Translations under genes and position numbers: made by a program | From: Negaprion brevirostris | Lineage: Eukaryota | Direction of reading: 5' to 3' | Assembly (NCBI GenBank): GCA_030324005.1 | Contig: JARDVH010000042.1 | Location: 88,906,692 to 88,970,691, forward strand | Length of the DNA: 64,000 nucleotides | Part shown: in pieces, positions 23,890-35,850 of the stretch | How the letters are laid out: each line of letters starts with the position of its first letter | Numbering within the stretch: position 1 is the first letter of the stretch | The notes under the pieces: generated by a model | Seen by the model: only the letters and a program-made list of their open reading frames with translations | Told to the model about the DNA's origin: nothing | The model's database searches: none

Positions 23890-24495
23890 TTTTATTCTTT
23901 CACTGGCTGGGCCAGCATTTATGGCCCATCCCCAGTTGCCTTTGAGAATAAACTACTGAAGTCAAAGTGGTGGTGGGTACACTAAGGCTCTGACAGGAAG
24001 GGAGATCCAGCATTTTGACTGGGAAACAGTGAAGGAACGGTGATATATTTCCGTCAACCCCAAGCATTTGCCAGACTAATCCACCTAACCTACACACACG
24101 TCTTTGGACATTTGGGACAAGTTTTAACCTGGCCAATCCACCTATCCTACACATCTTTGATCTGTGGGAAGAANNNNNNNNNNNNNNNNNNNNNNNNNNN
24201 NNNNNNNNNNNNNNNNNNNNNNNNNNGATACTGGGTGAACATGCAAACTTCACCCAGACAGTCGCCCAATCCCTTGGGCCACAACGTGCCATCCAGTCTA
24301 CACCCATATATATTTTTTTTAAAAACCACCATGCAGGGTTAATTTGATTGACCATGCTAAATTGCCCCTTAATGTCAGGGGTTCCAGCAGGGGAAAGACA
24401 TGGGGTTATAGGGGTAGGGCCTGGGTGGAATTGTTGTCAGTACAGGCTTGATGAGCTAAATTGCCTCCTCCTCCTCCATTGTAATGATTCTTTGG
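23890..24495. mobile_element. Cluster of SINE/LINE-tail fragments (LINE tail on minus, HE1-like on minus, HE1-like tail on plus)
   Basis: ggccagcatttatggcccatccc; ggccaatccacctatcctacacatctttga; accatgctaaattgcccctta...gcctcctcctccattgta. Confidence 0.75.
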
Positions 24496-24620
24496 GCGGG
24501 ATTTTATGCCCTCGCTTGTTCCGAAACTGTAAACTCCCACCCAAAGTCAACAGACCTTCCTCTGCTCCGCCCCTCACCTGCTCCAATTCCTGTGGCAGGC
24601 AGGCTGATAAAATTCCAGCC
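24494..24620. mobile_element. ~125-bp MITE inserted in a SINE tail
   Basis: TIR pair gggcgggattttat ... ataaaattccagcc; the SINE tail microsatellite (tatgattct) continues after it. Confidence 0.75.
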
Positions 24621-25009
24621 TATGATTCTGTACAGAGACCATATATTTATGGGCAAAGTGCATGTCAGTATGTAAGATGGGTAATTTATTTGATACCAAA
24701 ACCACACGGATGGACAATATTCCATCATGTTCTTGTACAATTAGCAAAGTCCAGCGAATAACCTTAGTTATTCTGCAAAATGGCAGCTAAAACTAAGTAA
24801 TTTCAGTGTAGACTAAATAGATTTGATACAAATTTAGCATAAATCCTCTAGTTTTCAGTCCTAAAGTGCAGGTGTTATCTGCAGCACTTCTTTAAGCACA
24901 TTTTATATTTCTACTCCTGGATAGCTTTGTTCCTCTCCACCATTTAGATTCTTAGAACCAGATTATCCCACTCGAGAAGGCTCTGCGGACCTTTTAAAAA
25001 TGTGGGAGT

Positions 25010-25160
25010 CCAATCAACAATGGTTTCATAGTCTTCATTAGAGGTTGAGTTCCAGATTTTTTTATTGATTTCAAATTTTGACATCTGTTATGGTGGGATT
25101 CTAATCCGGGTCCCCAGAGCATTACCCTGGGTCTCTGGTTTACTACACCATTGCCTCCTC
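25010..25160 (-). mobile_element. tRNA-derived SINE 5' half (same family as 31001/35629)
   Basis: Minus: gaggaggcaatggtgtagtaaaccagagacccagggtaatgctctggggacccggattagaatcccacc...atgaaaccattgttgattg. Confidence 0.8.
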
Positions 25161-26965
25161 AATTATGAATGGCAGTTTATTTAACTATCAAATGCATAGA
25201 CATGAGAGTTGCGTTAGATTATTAGAATTTTTTTTGATCTCCAGATGGCTCCGGAGATCTGCCCCTGATGGATACTGGGTGAGTGATTATGGAGGTGGCA
25301 TGGAAAGTATGAGGTACATGAGAGGTGAGGAGCAAGAAGTCCTAACAACTTTGAAAACTGGACCAAAGTTCCAGAGAACCAAGGTGGAGCTTCTAATGAG
25401 TCACTCTCAATACTTGTCTGCCCCCTGGTTGTCTATACTTTGCTTCCATTACTTTTTAATAAGATGGCTTTGGTGAGTCTGAGAACATCCTAATTTGAAC
25501 TACCCACTTCAGTAGCCTAAATTCAGTCAACACATTCCAAATAACAGGTGAATTCTTTCTTTTATTTGCCAAAACGTAATTTCTCATTTACCTTTTTTGA
25601 AATGTATTTAGCAAATACTGTTTTTGCACATTCCACAAGTTTATTGGTGTTGTCTTTTGATATCTTGCAGTCCTCTTCTGTAATATCTGCTTCTCCCTCC
25701 CCCACAACTCCCAACATTTTTGAGATAGAGCAAAGTGCTGACGACTAAATTATTGTTCTTGTTTAACATAAAGAAATCCTGAAAAATGAAATATTGTTGC
25801 ATCAAGCGATGCATGTAAAAGTTGAGGCTTCATATAAAAAAAAGACCAAACTATTGAATATGGGATATATCTAAAGTTGAAAAGAGTGGGACAAAAGTGG
25901 TGATTAGTTGAACTTGTAGATCTTGAGAGGATGAAAACATCTAAGAAACATGTATCTTTCCAGCAGTTTTGATATCCTGATTTTGATTTTTTTTTTGAGT
26001 ATACTTGATCACAATTGGCAAAAACAAAGGCTGGGATTTTCTGTCCCCATTCACATTGGGCAGGTTTAGTGATGGGAGCAGAATATTGCAAGGTATCTAA
26101 AGTTAACGTAAAAGCTAAGACAGGAAGCAAATGTTCCTCCCCCACAATCAGTGACATACCACATGTCCTGACATTCAACATTGGGAACTTCATTCTAATT
26201 TATAATTATGGGGTGTATACGCTGGAATCACACCCCCATGTCAATAACTCCATGCACAGTAGTGCAATGCCAGAACAGTTTGGAGCTCAACTGGTCCCAG
26301 GAGGCATGCACTCAGTATTTCACGGGAACTTGGAGGTGAGTGCAGCACTACCAGAGGGATGTATTTGGTGAACGTTGTTTCCTGGTTTGCTAGTTATGAG
26401 CTCGGGCATCCTTTAAAAATGGCACCTGGATCNNNNNNNNNNNNNNNNNNNNNNNNNNNNNNNNNNNNNNNNNNNNNNNNNNNNNNNNNNNNNNNNNNNN
26501 NNNNNNNNNNNNNNNNNNNNNNNNNNNNNNNNGGATCTTTGAGTTGCTGATTTGATGGCAGGATGGGTAAATCAGAGACTGTGTGCCAGTGATGTATCTT
26601 GGAACCTGTGACTGCAATTTGTTTTCTCCAAGTCTTGGACTATATGGCAGGAAATCCACCATCGCTGTCAGTGGCCCAAATGCCATTCTTGTCAGCAACT
26701 TTGACCTTTGTCGAAATCTCTGCCAGTGTGTCTACTGAAGGAACCCGTATCATGTTCATGACAAAATGTTGCATATTTGACTAATTTTAGGATTTACCAA
26801 TCCTTTACAGTGCTAAGGAAAATTCAATGAAGCTGTACCTGTGATGTGAAGAAGGTGTTGACTATGTTATGGCCCATCTCTTACTCAGATCTCTGTCTAA
26901 TAAGGCTTTGCTCAGAGAGCACAACCTCTCATAATTTGCTCTAAGCAAAGTAATGGTAATTGTCA

Positions 26966-27097
26966 GCTCTGATGATGGGTACCTAGACTCAACGTTGGCT
27001 CTATTCCCTCCCCACAGATGCTTTCAGACTTGCTGAGATTTTCCAGGATTCTCTGTTTCTCTTTCAGATTTCAGCATCCGCATTAATTTGCTTTTAT
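26966..27097 (+). mobile_element. Penelope-like pLTR (family B) with decayed hammerhead
   Basis: ctCTGATGAtgggtacctagactcaacgttggctc...cccacagatgc...gcttttat. Confidence 0.75.
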
Positions 27098-27944
27098 ATT
27101 AATGGGTAACTGTCATTGAGTATATAGCCAAAGGTTTGTTTCAATATAGTGAAGTATGAAAGCAAATTGTGAACTGATTATAAAAAGTTTCATGATTGTG
27201 ATTTATGAAATTACCTTATACCCACTCTCTCACATAAGTTATTTTGCATTTATATGCAATATCCTTTAGTATTGCTGTACCAATAAAAGTCAAGCATTAC
27301 TATAGTAGCAATCATGTGGTATACTTTCACCTATCTTTCTGATAAACTTTCCAACAACAATTTGCCAGCAGTAGTAATCTTTCAATCCAAAACTCTTCTA
27401 AAGAGTTAGAAATGAAAAATTTCTCAATGATAAAAGCCATCTGTGTANNNNNNNNNNNNNNNNNNNNNNNNNNNNNNNNNNNNNNNNNNNNNNNNNNNNN
27501 NNNNNNNNNNNNNNNNNNNNNNNNNNNNNNNNNNNNNNNNNNNNNNNNNNNNGCATACATTACTTCAAATTATTCTTATCATTTTGTTCCATCAGCAAGA
27601 AATGTTATTTTTAACAATTTACCAGTTTAGTAATAAAAGCATATGAATGGCTAAATTATTAAAATAAGTGGATGCAAGTTATTAGAAGTTCCATCTTCAA
27701 ATGAGTCCACAAGATTATTCATTTGTGAGCATGTATAATGTTCTTTGAAAAGAATTGTAGGTTCAGAAAAGATGAAAGCATCGAGTAATGTCTTGCTGGA
27801 GTCTGACTAAACACTGGAAATTTGATTCATGTTGTGGAAGAAATTATTCCCCCAAATGTCCCATGTCATGGGACAAAGAAATTGCTTCACATTATCCAAC
27901 TTACAGATGCCATCTTCAAAATTCATGTCTTGTGACTTGAGCCT

Positions 27945-28150
27945 GTAGAGTGGTGAGAATGTGGGACTCACCACCACAAGGTGTGATTGAAGTGAACAGT
28001 ACAGATGTAATTAAGAGGAAGCTCTCAAGTGAGAAGAGAATAGCAAGTTACAATGGTAGATTTAGATGAGGAAAGATGGGAGGAGACTCGAGTGGAGCAT
28101 AAATATTGGCATAGAGTGGATGAGTCAAGTGGTTTGGTTTATTTCTGTCA
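27945..28150 (+). mobile_element. CR1 3' end
   Basis: agagtggtgagaatgtgggactc (RVVRMW.S)...gagtggagcataaa. Confidence 0.7.
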
Positions 28151-29290
28151 TCTACCTATTTAAACATTCATCTAAAAATGCTTCTAATCAGTGCAGTGTT
28201 GGTTTGTTGACAAATTCCATTGTACAAATTTTGGGTCTTTGAGGATAATTGAATTTAAACTAATATATTCTTACCTGTATTAAGTGATATGATTGAACTC
28301 GATTTCTGATAAGCTAGCATTTTTGATTGAAATGGATTTCTTTCTGTATGGTAAAGCTTTTAAGGTTAGGTATGATGATACTAAACATAATGTAACGCCA
28401 CTGGCTTATGCCTTACTGATGTTTAGTTTAATGGTTGAATGATTAATTATGAATATACAATTCAGGAATCATGAACCTAGAAAGTATTCATTATTTAGTT
28501 CCAATAAAGATTGAATGGGAGTTGTCATTATTAAAAACAGCATGGACCTTATTTAATTTAAGTTATTCAATAAGAAACTAAATCTAGCTGGTGGAAAAAA
28601 TGTTCTGCTAATACCAAATGTGTTATTCTAGTTTAGTGATGAATAAGCCTTGTCTTGTGGTTTTCCCTTTCTGCTACTAGCTGGGAATAATTACCCATAC
28701 TGACTCTCCAGAGAGAATACTGATTCCCTTACAGCTGCTTTCAGTTTGTTCCTTTTTTTCCCCCTATCCTCCTATGCTATAATCCTGTCCATAATCTGCC
28801 AATATCATTCTGTTGTAACCTGGTGGAGGATTGTGTTGAAATCTGACAGAAGTAGAATATTTGCAGATTTTGCATTTCCATCAGCTATACACAATAGTAT
28901 CTGTTCAATGCTGATGACTCACCAGACACTGGCAGTTAGTACAGAGGGAAGCATAAATGCAAATGTCAGGTGATGCTGAGATTACCAGCTTTGTTTTCCA
29001 GACTGTCTTGTCAGCTATTCTTCTTTTTTGTATTAAGTGACAGTGATACGTGGCCATGGAAAACAGCAACAAGAACCCAGAACAGATGCCTGAGACTTGA
29101 CCCTGTAGATCACTGGGGCCATATGGAAAGTTTGAAGTATTAACAGACAATAGATTTTCTCCTGCTAGAGGAATGGTTATTCAACATTTGATACTTTAGT
29201 CTGAATGGAAGGGACATTGTTGCAATGCTGCCTGGATGAGAGACAGGAGGACTTGGTGCTGGCCTGGTGCACTGTCTTCCTGGCCAAAAT

Positions 29291-29372
29291 GTAGAGATGC
29301 TGGTGTTGGACTGGGGTAAACACAGTAAGAAATCTCAGTAATCTCATTAAACCTGGTGTTGTGAGATTTCTT
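29291..29372. mobile_element. Ultra-short Penelope pLTR remnant (family A), both outer ends fused
   Basis: gtagagatgctggtgttggactggggtaaacacagtaagaaatctca matches 20725-20771 and is followed by aacctggtgttgtgagatttctt matching 21479-21498. Confidence 0.7.
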
Positions 29373-29809
29373 CCTGACCAAACACAGATGCTAAGGTATG
29401 GTTGTGAACTTTGTTGTGTTCCTGACTTAAACATGGGGACAGGCTTAACTGTTGGCTGATCCTGTGGTGCTAATCTTGTGGACAAAGTTGCACAGAAAAG
29501 GATCTCTAACTCACAGAACATTTATACTGCTCCTACTGGTCTAAAATGGCAGTAACTGTGGTGTCCATTCGAGCCTAAAAGTATTTCTTGGTATAGCTTG
29601 GTTCACTGCACTGGATGCATGCTTGTGTACACATGCACATATGCATGCACTGAGATCCTCTTCCAGTCCTGATACTTGTACATGAATTATGAAATATTTA
29701 AGGAGTGCTTAGGAATTACAAGAAACTATCTGAATGCTGTTTAAAGTGTCCAGATTTATTGCTACCAGAGGTATGTTTCATGCAGTGTCAGGCATATTAC
29801 TTTGAGAAT

Positions 29810-29945
29810 GAAAGCAAAATACCACAGATGCTGGAAACCTGAAATAAAAACAAAATGCTGGAAAGACTCTGCAGGTCTGGCAGCATCTGTGGAGAGAGAA
29901 ACAGAGTTAATGTTTCAAGTCTGGATAATTCTTCCCCAGAGCTCT
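29810..29945 (-). mobile_element. Penelope-like pLTR (family B)
   Basis: aaagcaaaataccacagatgctggaaacctgaaataaaaac...ggagagagaaacagagttaatgtttcaagtc. Confidence 0.8.
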
Positions 29946-31000
29946 GTCTTATAATGCCGGTATTGCATGCACATATACTATGCATGCATTTGCACCATGC
30001 ATGCATACATATGCCAACATGCACACGTCATACTTAATGTTTGAGTGAGCTAATGTGTTGGTGTTACTGACCACATAATGGTGATATATTACCACTGGCA
30101 GGACTGCAGCTGTTTTGCCAATTCCAACTATAATTTGGAGATGCTAATAAGGTTATTTGTGGGTTTTTTTTCTATTACTTGTAATTAGCATCTCCACTTT
30201 TGTGCTAAATTAGTCATCCAGCTAAACAAATTGACTTTACCAAAGTACAAAATGTCTGCATTCTAGGGAATCTCTGCAAAATTAGACATTTAGAAGCTTC
30301 ATAGTACATCTTGGCCCCAGCTTTGCAGTCCACAGCAGCGATGAATTAGGAAAGCTGCTCTCAAAGATTTAGGTGGCATTGATTTTCCCCGATTCGATGC
30401 CATCTCATTCCGCTACCATCATTAAGGGGCTCTGGCATCAGCAACAGAGAGATCATGAAGGGTGCTGAGTAGCCAATCTGACTGGAGAATGCTGAAAGAG
30501 CAAGCTAGGAAATAAAAATCCTTTACTATCATTCACTTTGATCATCAATACAGATTGAAACAACCGAGGGATTAAAATAGGAAATAAAATTTCATAAAGC
30601 AAAAAATCCTATGGAATTTCTATCATGGAATTAAGGCATCAATGTTTCAGATTCTAAAATTAGCTTTGTTGAGCTTTAATTATGACTTTATACATGGTTT
30701 AAAAATTCACTTATGCTTCATTCAACAGACATCAGTTTTTTTTAAAACAGCAAGAATAGAGCAGAAATAAGTTTGAAGATCACATCAGAAATTATTTTCC
30801 TGTGCTGTGCATTCTTGCTATGGAGGGAGAGAATATACTTGATAACTTTCAGTTTTCTGGGCTTAACTGTGCATGCCAGCAATTTCTGAGAGCGCAAGGC
30901 AGTAAGGACTTTGAACGCTAACAGTTTTCAACAGCAATCCTGGAGGAATGCTTGTAACCAAAACAGCACCATTTCTATAATTTCATGGAGTCATTAACTT

Positions 31001-31070
31001 GAGGAAGGCAGTGGTGCAGTGATGTTGTCACTGGACTAGTAACCCGATATTGTAGGGTCAAATTCTACCA
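31001..31070 (+). mobile_element. tRNA-SINE head (host of the Gypsy insertion)
   Basis: ggcagtggtgcagtgatgttgtcactggactagtaacc...gggtcaaattctacca (A and B boxes). Confidence 0.7.
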
Positions 31071-31089
31071 GGGGACAGCTTTAAAGAAA

Positions 31090-34000
31090 ACTTGTGCCCT
31101 GCCTGTGTTCCTGGGGGTAACACTCATTCCTGCCGCTTGATGACTTTTGTAGCTGTGTCATCATATTCTCGCATGACCACTTGGTCTATATCTTCCCTGT
31201 TTAGTTTGGACACTCAGTGGCATGTGATGTAACAAAGTTTCATATTGCAGACAATGTAAGACCATTGCATGACATTCAATTAAAGAAACTGGCAATTCAT
31301 AACTATCTACATATAAATAGTGAGATACGGATTAGGCTGTGGCAACTGATGCACAGCTCATTGCGCCCCCCTTTTCCACTTTCCCTTCCCCCCACCCCCT
31401 CTTCTATTGAGAGGGGGGGAACTGAAATTCAAAAGTCATTTTGAGGCTAAGTGGTAATAAAGTCATGCAATTTTATATTTGGCCTGCTTAGGCACCCTGA
31501 GTATATGAATTACACCAGTTAGTGTTGTATTCTTTTTGTGGCCTGTGTCCACACTGTTAGCAACACGGGACATTTCATCTGTGCGGTCATCAAGCGTAGG
31601 GTTTGCTGCATTGGCCTCTGTAAGAGTCTGCATGCAGGGGGCTGGTGCCATGGGCCGGATGTGGGAAGTGCTGTGCTACTTGTAGTTGCTAGTTCAGCTA
31701 TTTGCGAAAGGTGATGGCGGTTGTGTACATGGTGAGCACTGTCTAAGGCTACCATGTAACAGTTCGATTGTGGGGCATTACTGTGTGCCACCGTCAACTG
31801 GTCATGGCCAGGTGCATTCTGAATCCTGGACTATTTAACCTAGTGTTAGAGGGCTAAGTCAGTCATCATCTTAATCAGTGTGTTTCACTTCTCAATCTGG
31901 CATCGTCCGTTATATAAAAGCAAAATACTGCGGATGCTGGAATTTGAAACAAAAGCAGAAAGTGCTGGAAAATTTCAGCAGGTCTGACAGCGTCTGTGGG
32001 GAGAAAATAAAGATAATGTTTCAAGTCTGGATAACCCTTCATCAGCTGCTCTGCCAAGGGTCACCTAGACTCGAAACATTGGCTCTATTCCCTCCATAGA
32101 TGCTCTCAAACCTGCTGATATTTTCCAGCATTTTCTGTTTTTGTGGCTGGAATTGTCCATGTTAATTTCAAGCTTATGCTGCAGCAGAGCCTTAGCAGTA
32201 GGAATCATGGTCCTAGTGTGCCTGGGGAAAAAGCCCTCGTGCTGATGAGGGCAGACTCTGTCGTGGCAGATTTTGCAGGTTAAGGAGTGCAGCATAGCCT
32301 TTGCAGAGACTGTGTTTCTCTAGCAGATGCTGGACTGCCCCTTCCACCAAGCTGTTTATCTGAGCATATAGGGGCTCCTCGTGAAATGCTCAAAGTCCCA
32401 TGTACATGTTGCAAAATTCAGCAGGGGCGCATTGGCGAGTGCTGTCTGTCATGAGTTTCTGTGGAATGCCATGTGCGGCGAAATATCTCTTAAGCTTTGA
32501 TGTTTACTGTTCTACTCATTATGTTTGGCAGGTCAAAGAGTTCATACCACCCAGAATATGAGTCAACTAAGACTAAATGTTCACCATTCCACTTGAAGAT
32601 GTCAGTGACCATGGGAGGTCTGGGGCCTCATGTAAAGACAACCATGCCTTCACTTGATGCGGTTTGAGTGCATTGCATGGTGTGCATCTGGAGATTTCCC
32701 TTTACCATGTCTGCAAACAAAAGGAGGGCCAGGACACTGCTTCCAACCCAGGCACCCTGGTGAAGTTGATGTGTGTAATATCTCTAGAGTACATTAGGGA
32801 TGACAAATCACTTAATCTATCCTGTATGGTCAGTTTAACTCTGATGGTGAGGAATGTGTGGAACTCCTGGGGAAGGTCCTTTGAGGATTCTGGCTAGCTC
32901 CCTGTGATGACATTGTGCAGTTGCCTGTGTGTGATGTCTTCTTGTAAGGCCTGTTTGAATGTCTGAATTTGATGAGAGGACAGCACCTCTATTGCCTGAT
33001 CTGTCATTATCATGACCTGCCTGGTCTGGTGGGTCAGAAAGTTTTGAAGAGGGTATCAGCCAAGTACAGCTGTTTGTAAATGACGTAACATTGCAACTTT
33101 AGCATCAGTCCCCATTGACAAGGCCGTGCAGACACAGTGTGGAGAGGCTTCTTTAAGATAGTTAGGAGTGGCTGGTGATCCCTTTCAACAGTTTCAGAAT
33201 TACCACTAGGACATCGTGAAATGTTGGACTGGCAAATACTAAATAAAGCAAGAAGTTCCTTTTTGATCTGTGCATGGTGAGAATCAGTGAAGACCCTTGA
33301 AGCAAAAATCTGCTATTCTGGATACGCACTATACCAAGTCCGTGCTGAGATATGAGCATGGGTGCTGGAGTGTCAGTGTTTGCAGCACTGGTGGGGCTGC
33401 AAGCGCTTATTTGAGTCCATTGAAGACAACAGGGTGGTGCTCTTGCCAGCACCATTCGACGTCCTGGTGGAGAGGTTGACCAATGACCTCATTATAAACA
33501 CAGGACAAACGTAGCTAATTTTTCATACCAAGAAAATGCTGTAAAATGTGCTTGTCCATGGGAATGACCATCTGTGATATAGCCCTTGCCTTGTCTAAAT
33601 CAGGCTTTACTCCATCAGCTGTGAATAAATAGCCCACATCTGGAACCTGATTGACCCTGTGTCTGCATTTTGCAGGGTTAAGCTTAATTGGACGGTTTTG
33701 ATTCTGTCAAGGATGAGATGAAGATGTGCATCATGTTCTTGCATAGTAGGACCCCAGGCCAGGATATCATTAACAATGATCTCGCAAGATTGGCCTGTAA
33801 ACAATCGCTTCATGGAGCTCTGGAAAACCTCACTGCCACTGGTGATCCCATAGGGCATATGAAGTAAATGAAGTCTCTACTGGAGACATGAATGTAGTGA
33901 GTTTTGAAGAATCTTAATCTAATGGGATCTGCCAAAACCTGTATTTCACATCAAGAATGCTGAACACTTTGTTATTTAGCATGTCTGTAGTCACCTGTTC

Positions 34001-35628
34001 CTCTGTCTTCATAGGGTGATGAGGCCTGAACGGTGATTTGTTCAAGTGTGCTGGCTAAAGACATATCTTGACTGTCATCTTTTTCTCTACTGTGGACACC
34101 ATTGCTGAAACCCATTCCATGGCCTTGTCAATGGGAACGGTGATACCTCATGCTGTCATTCCATTCAGCTTATTAACAACTTTTTGTTTCATGGCTACTG
34201 GTAGTCTTCTTGGAGCACTTACCATTGGTACTGAATCATTCAGCCTCATGTGGTATACAACTGGTAACTTACCAATAATGTCCCAGTTGAAAAAGTCTCT
34301 GAATACTGTCATCTTTGGGACTTTGACTTGTGGAGCATGCACTTCTAGACCAAGTCAAATGAGCTCCAATGCAATATTGTCCCAAAGTCCTCGTTGTGAC
34401 TTTCCATTTTCGTCATCTACATGCAACTTGAAATTTTCCTGTGTGCAGTGAAGGGTTGTTGCACCTTAAGTGTGGATTGCCATTCGCCATGAGGTATGGC
34501 TGGGTGCTGGGCTTTGGTGTTGCATATGGGCCTATCTGCTGTAATCTTTGGCTGGATAGTATATTGTTTTTTACATCAGGGTCTATTTTGACTTTAAGTC
34601 TGGCATTATTGCTAGTTACGTTGAGGATGATGAAGATATCACTGTTTCCTGTGACATTAGCAACACTGTTGCAATGGAGTGTATTGGAGGCTCTATAGTT
34701 TCACTACTTTGGTTGAATTCCAATTCTTTCACTTCACCCCTAGAAGATGGAATAGCTGCTATACTTTGGCAGAGGAAGGCTGCTGTGGGTTGGATCTTCA
34801 GCATTTAAGTTGTTCCATTTCTTGCATTTGTTGCATCTTTTACTGTATGCAAAGTAAGTTGCTTTGTTCTGAGTGCTGGCCACTGTAGTTGGAGCAGGAT
34901 GCCCCCTGTGCTGCAAATACTTCAGTTTCCTGTATAAAATCTCTGCTTTGTTTTTCTGATTGATTGTAACATTAAGTCGTTTTCTTGCAGCAGCTGCTTG
35001 TGGACTAAATCACGATGTATTCCACAAACCACTCGATCCTTGACTAGGCCTTCAGAGAGAGCTCCAAAAGCACATTTCTTTGCCAGTATTTTTAGGATGG
35101 CTGCGTAAGATTGAGACTCATCTGCTCTTTGATTTGTTGAATTGAATGCATGTCTATCAAGGATTATGTATTTTATCAAGAGACAGATGTGCTCGAACTA
35201 TTTCAGGATTATCTCAGGGTCATCTTTTTCTTCCTCTGTCTGGAAAACAAATGACTTGAATTTTTCAACGGACTTGGTGCTGGCATCGTTTAATAGGGTG
35301 AAAGTTTGTACCTTTTTTCAACTTGTCACACTGCAGAAAATATTCCACTCCTAGAACTTTTCCAAACTATCTGCAGTATTTCCATTAAAGACGAGTAGAT
35401 CGAAACAGCAAAGTCTTTGTGCCATACTGCTAATTCCTGACACCATATAGAATGTTTTGCATTCCTTAAATCATCAACATCAAGGGACTTCCATCAAAGA
35501 TAGTTTATTCCTGAGCTCAGCAGTTACATACAACACTCGTGCACTGCCTCTGCTTCCAGAGGTAACATGCTGCCACATGACATTTTGTAACCATGTCATC
35601 ACATTTATACATGACCACTCGGTCCACA
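31090..35628 (-). mobile_element. Near full-length degenerate Gypsy/Ty3 LTR retrotransposon
   Basis: 5' LTR 35446-35628; PBS TGGTGTCAGGAAT 35433-35445; gag ATG ~35425; protease-like KVKIDPD ~34580; RT MPYGITSGSEVFQ...IIVNDIL ~33600-33860; RNase H ~33150-33480; integrase LVLVDSYSGWYE...HGIPQKLMTD ~32300-32650; PPT aaacagggaaga 31191-31202; partial 3' LTR 31090-31190 homologous to 35535-35628. Confidence 0.92.
31916..32142. mobile_element. Head-to-head foldback Penelope pLTR pair (family B) inside Gypsy
   Basis: Left arm on minus has CTGATGAagggttatccagacttGAAAcatt; right arm on plus has ctgccaagggtcacctagactcGAAAcatt; the arms are mutual reverse complements. Confidence 0.8.
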
Positions 35629-35850
35629 ATGACCATGAAACTATTGTCGATTGTTGTAAAAACTCATCTGGTTCATTAATGTCCTTCAGGGAAGGAAATC
35701 TGCCATCCTTACTTGGTCTGGCCTACAGAGTCGCAGCAAATGCTCTCTGAAATGGCCTGGCAAGCCACTCAGCTCAAGGTGAATTAGAGATGGGCAATAA
35801 ATGCTTGCCCAGCTAGCAACACCCACTTCCCATGACTGAATAGAAAAATG
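35629..35850 (+). mobile_element. tRNA-SINE 3' part (continuation of 31001-31070)
   Basis: atgaccatgaaactattgtcgattgttgtaaaaactcatctggttca...gggcaataaatgc...cccatgactgaatagaaaa. Confidence 0.85.

Noticed and set aside
26359-27646. ORFs spanning N runs (also at 19.5, 24.1, 40.2, 46.6 and 59.4 kb)
   Set aside because: Their lengths are inflated by assembly gaps
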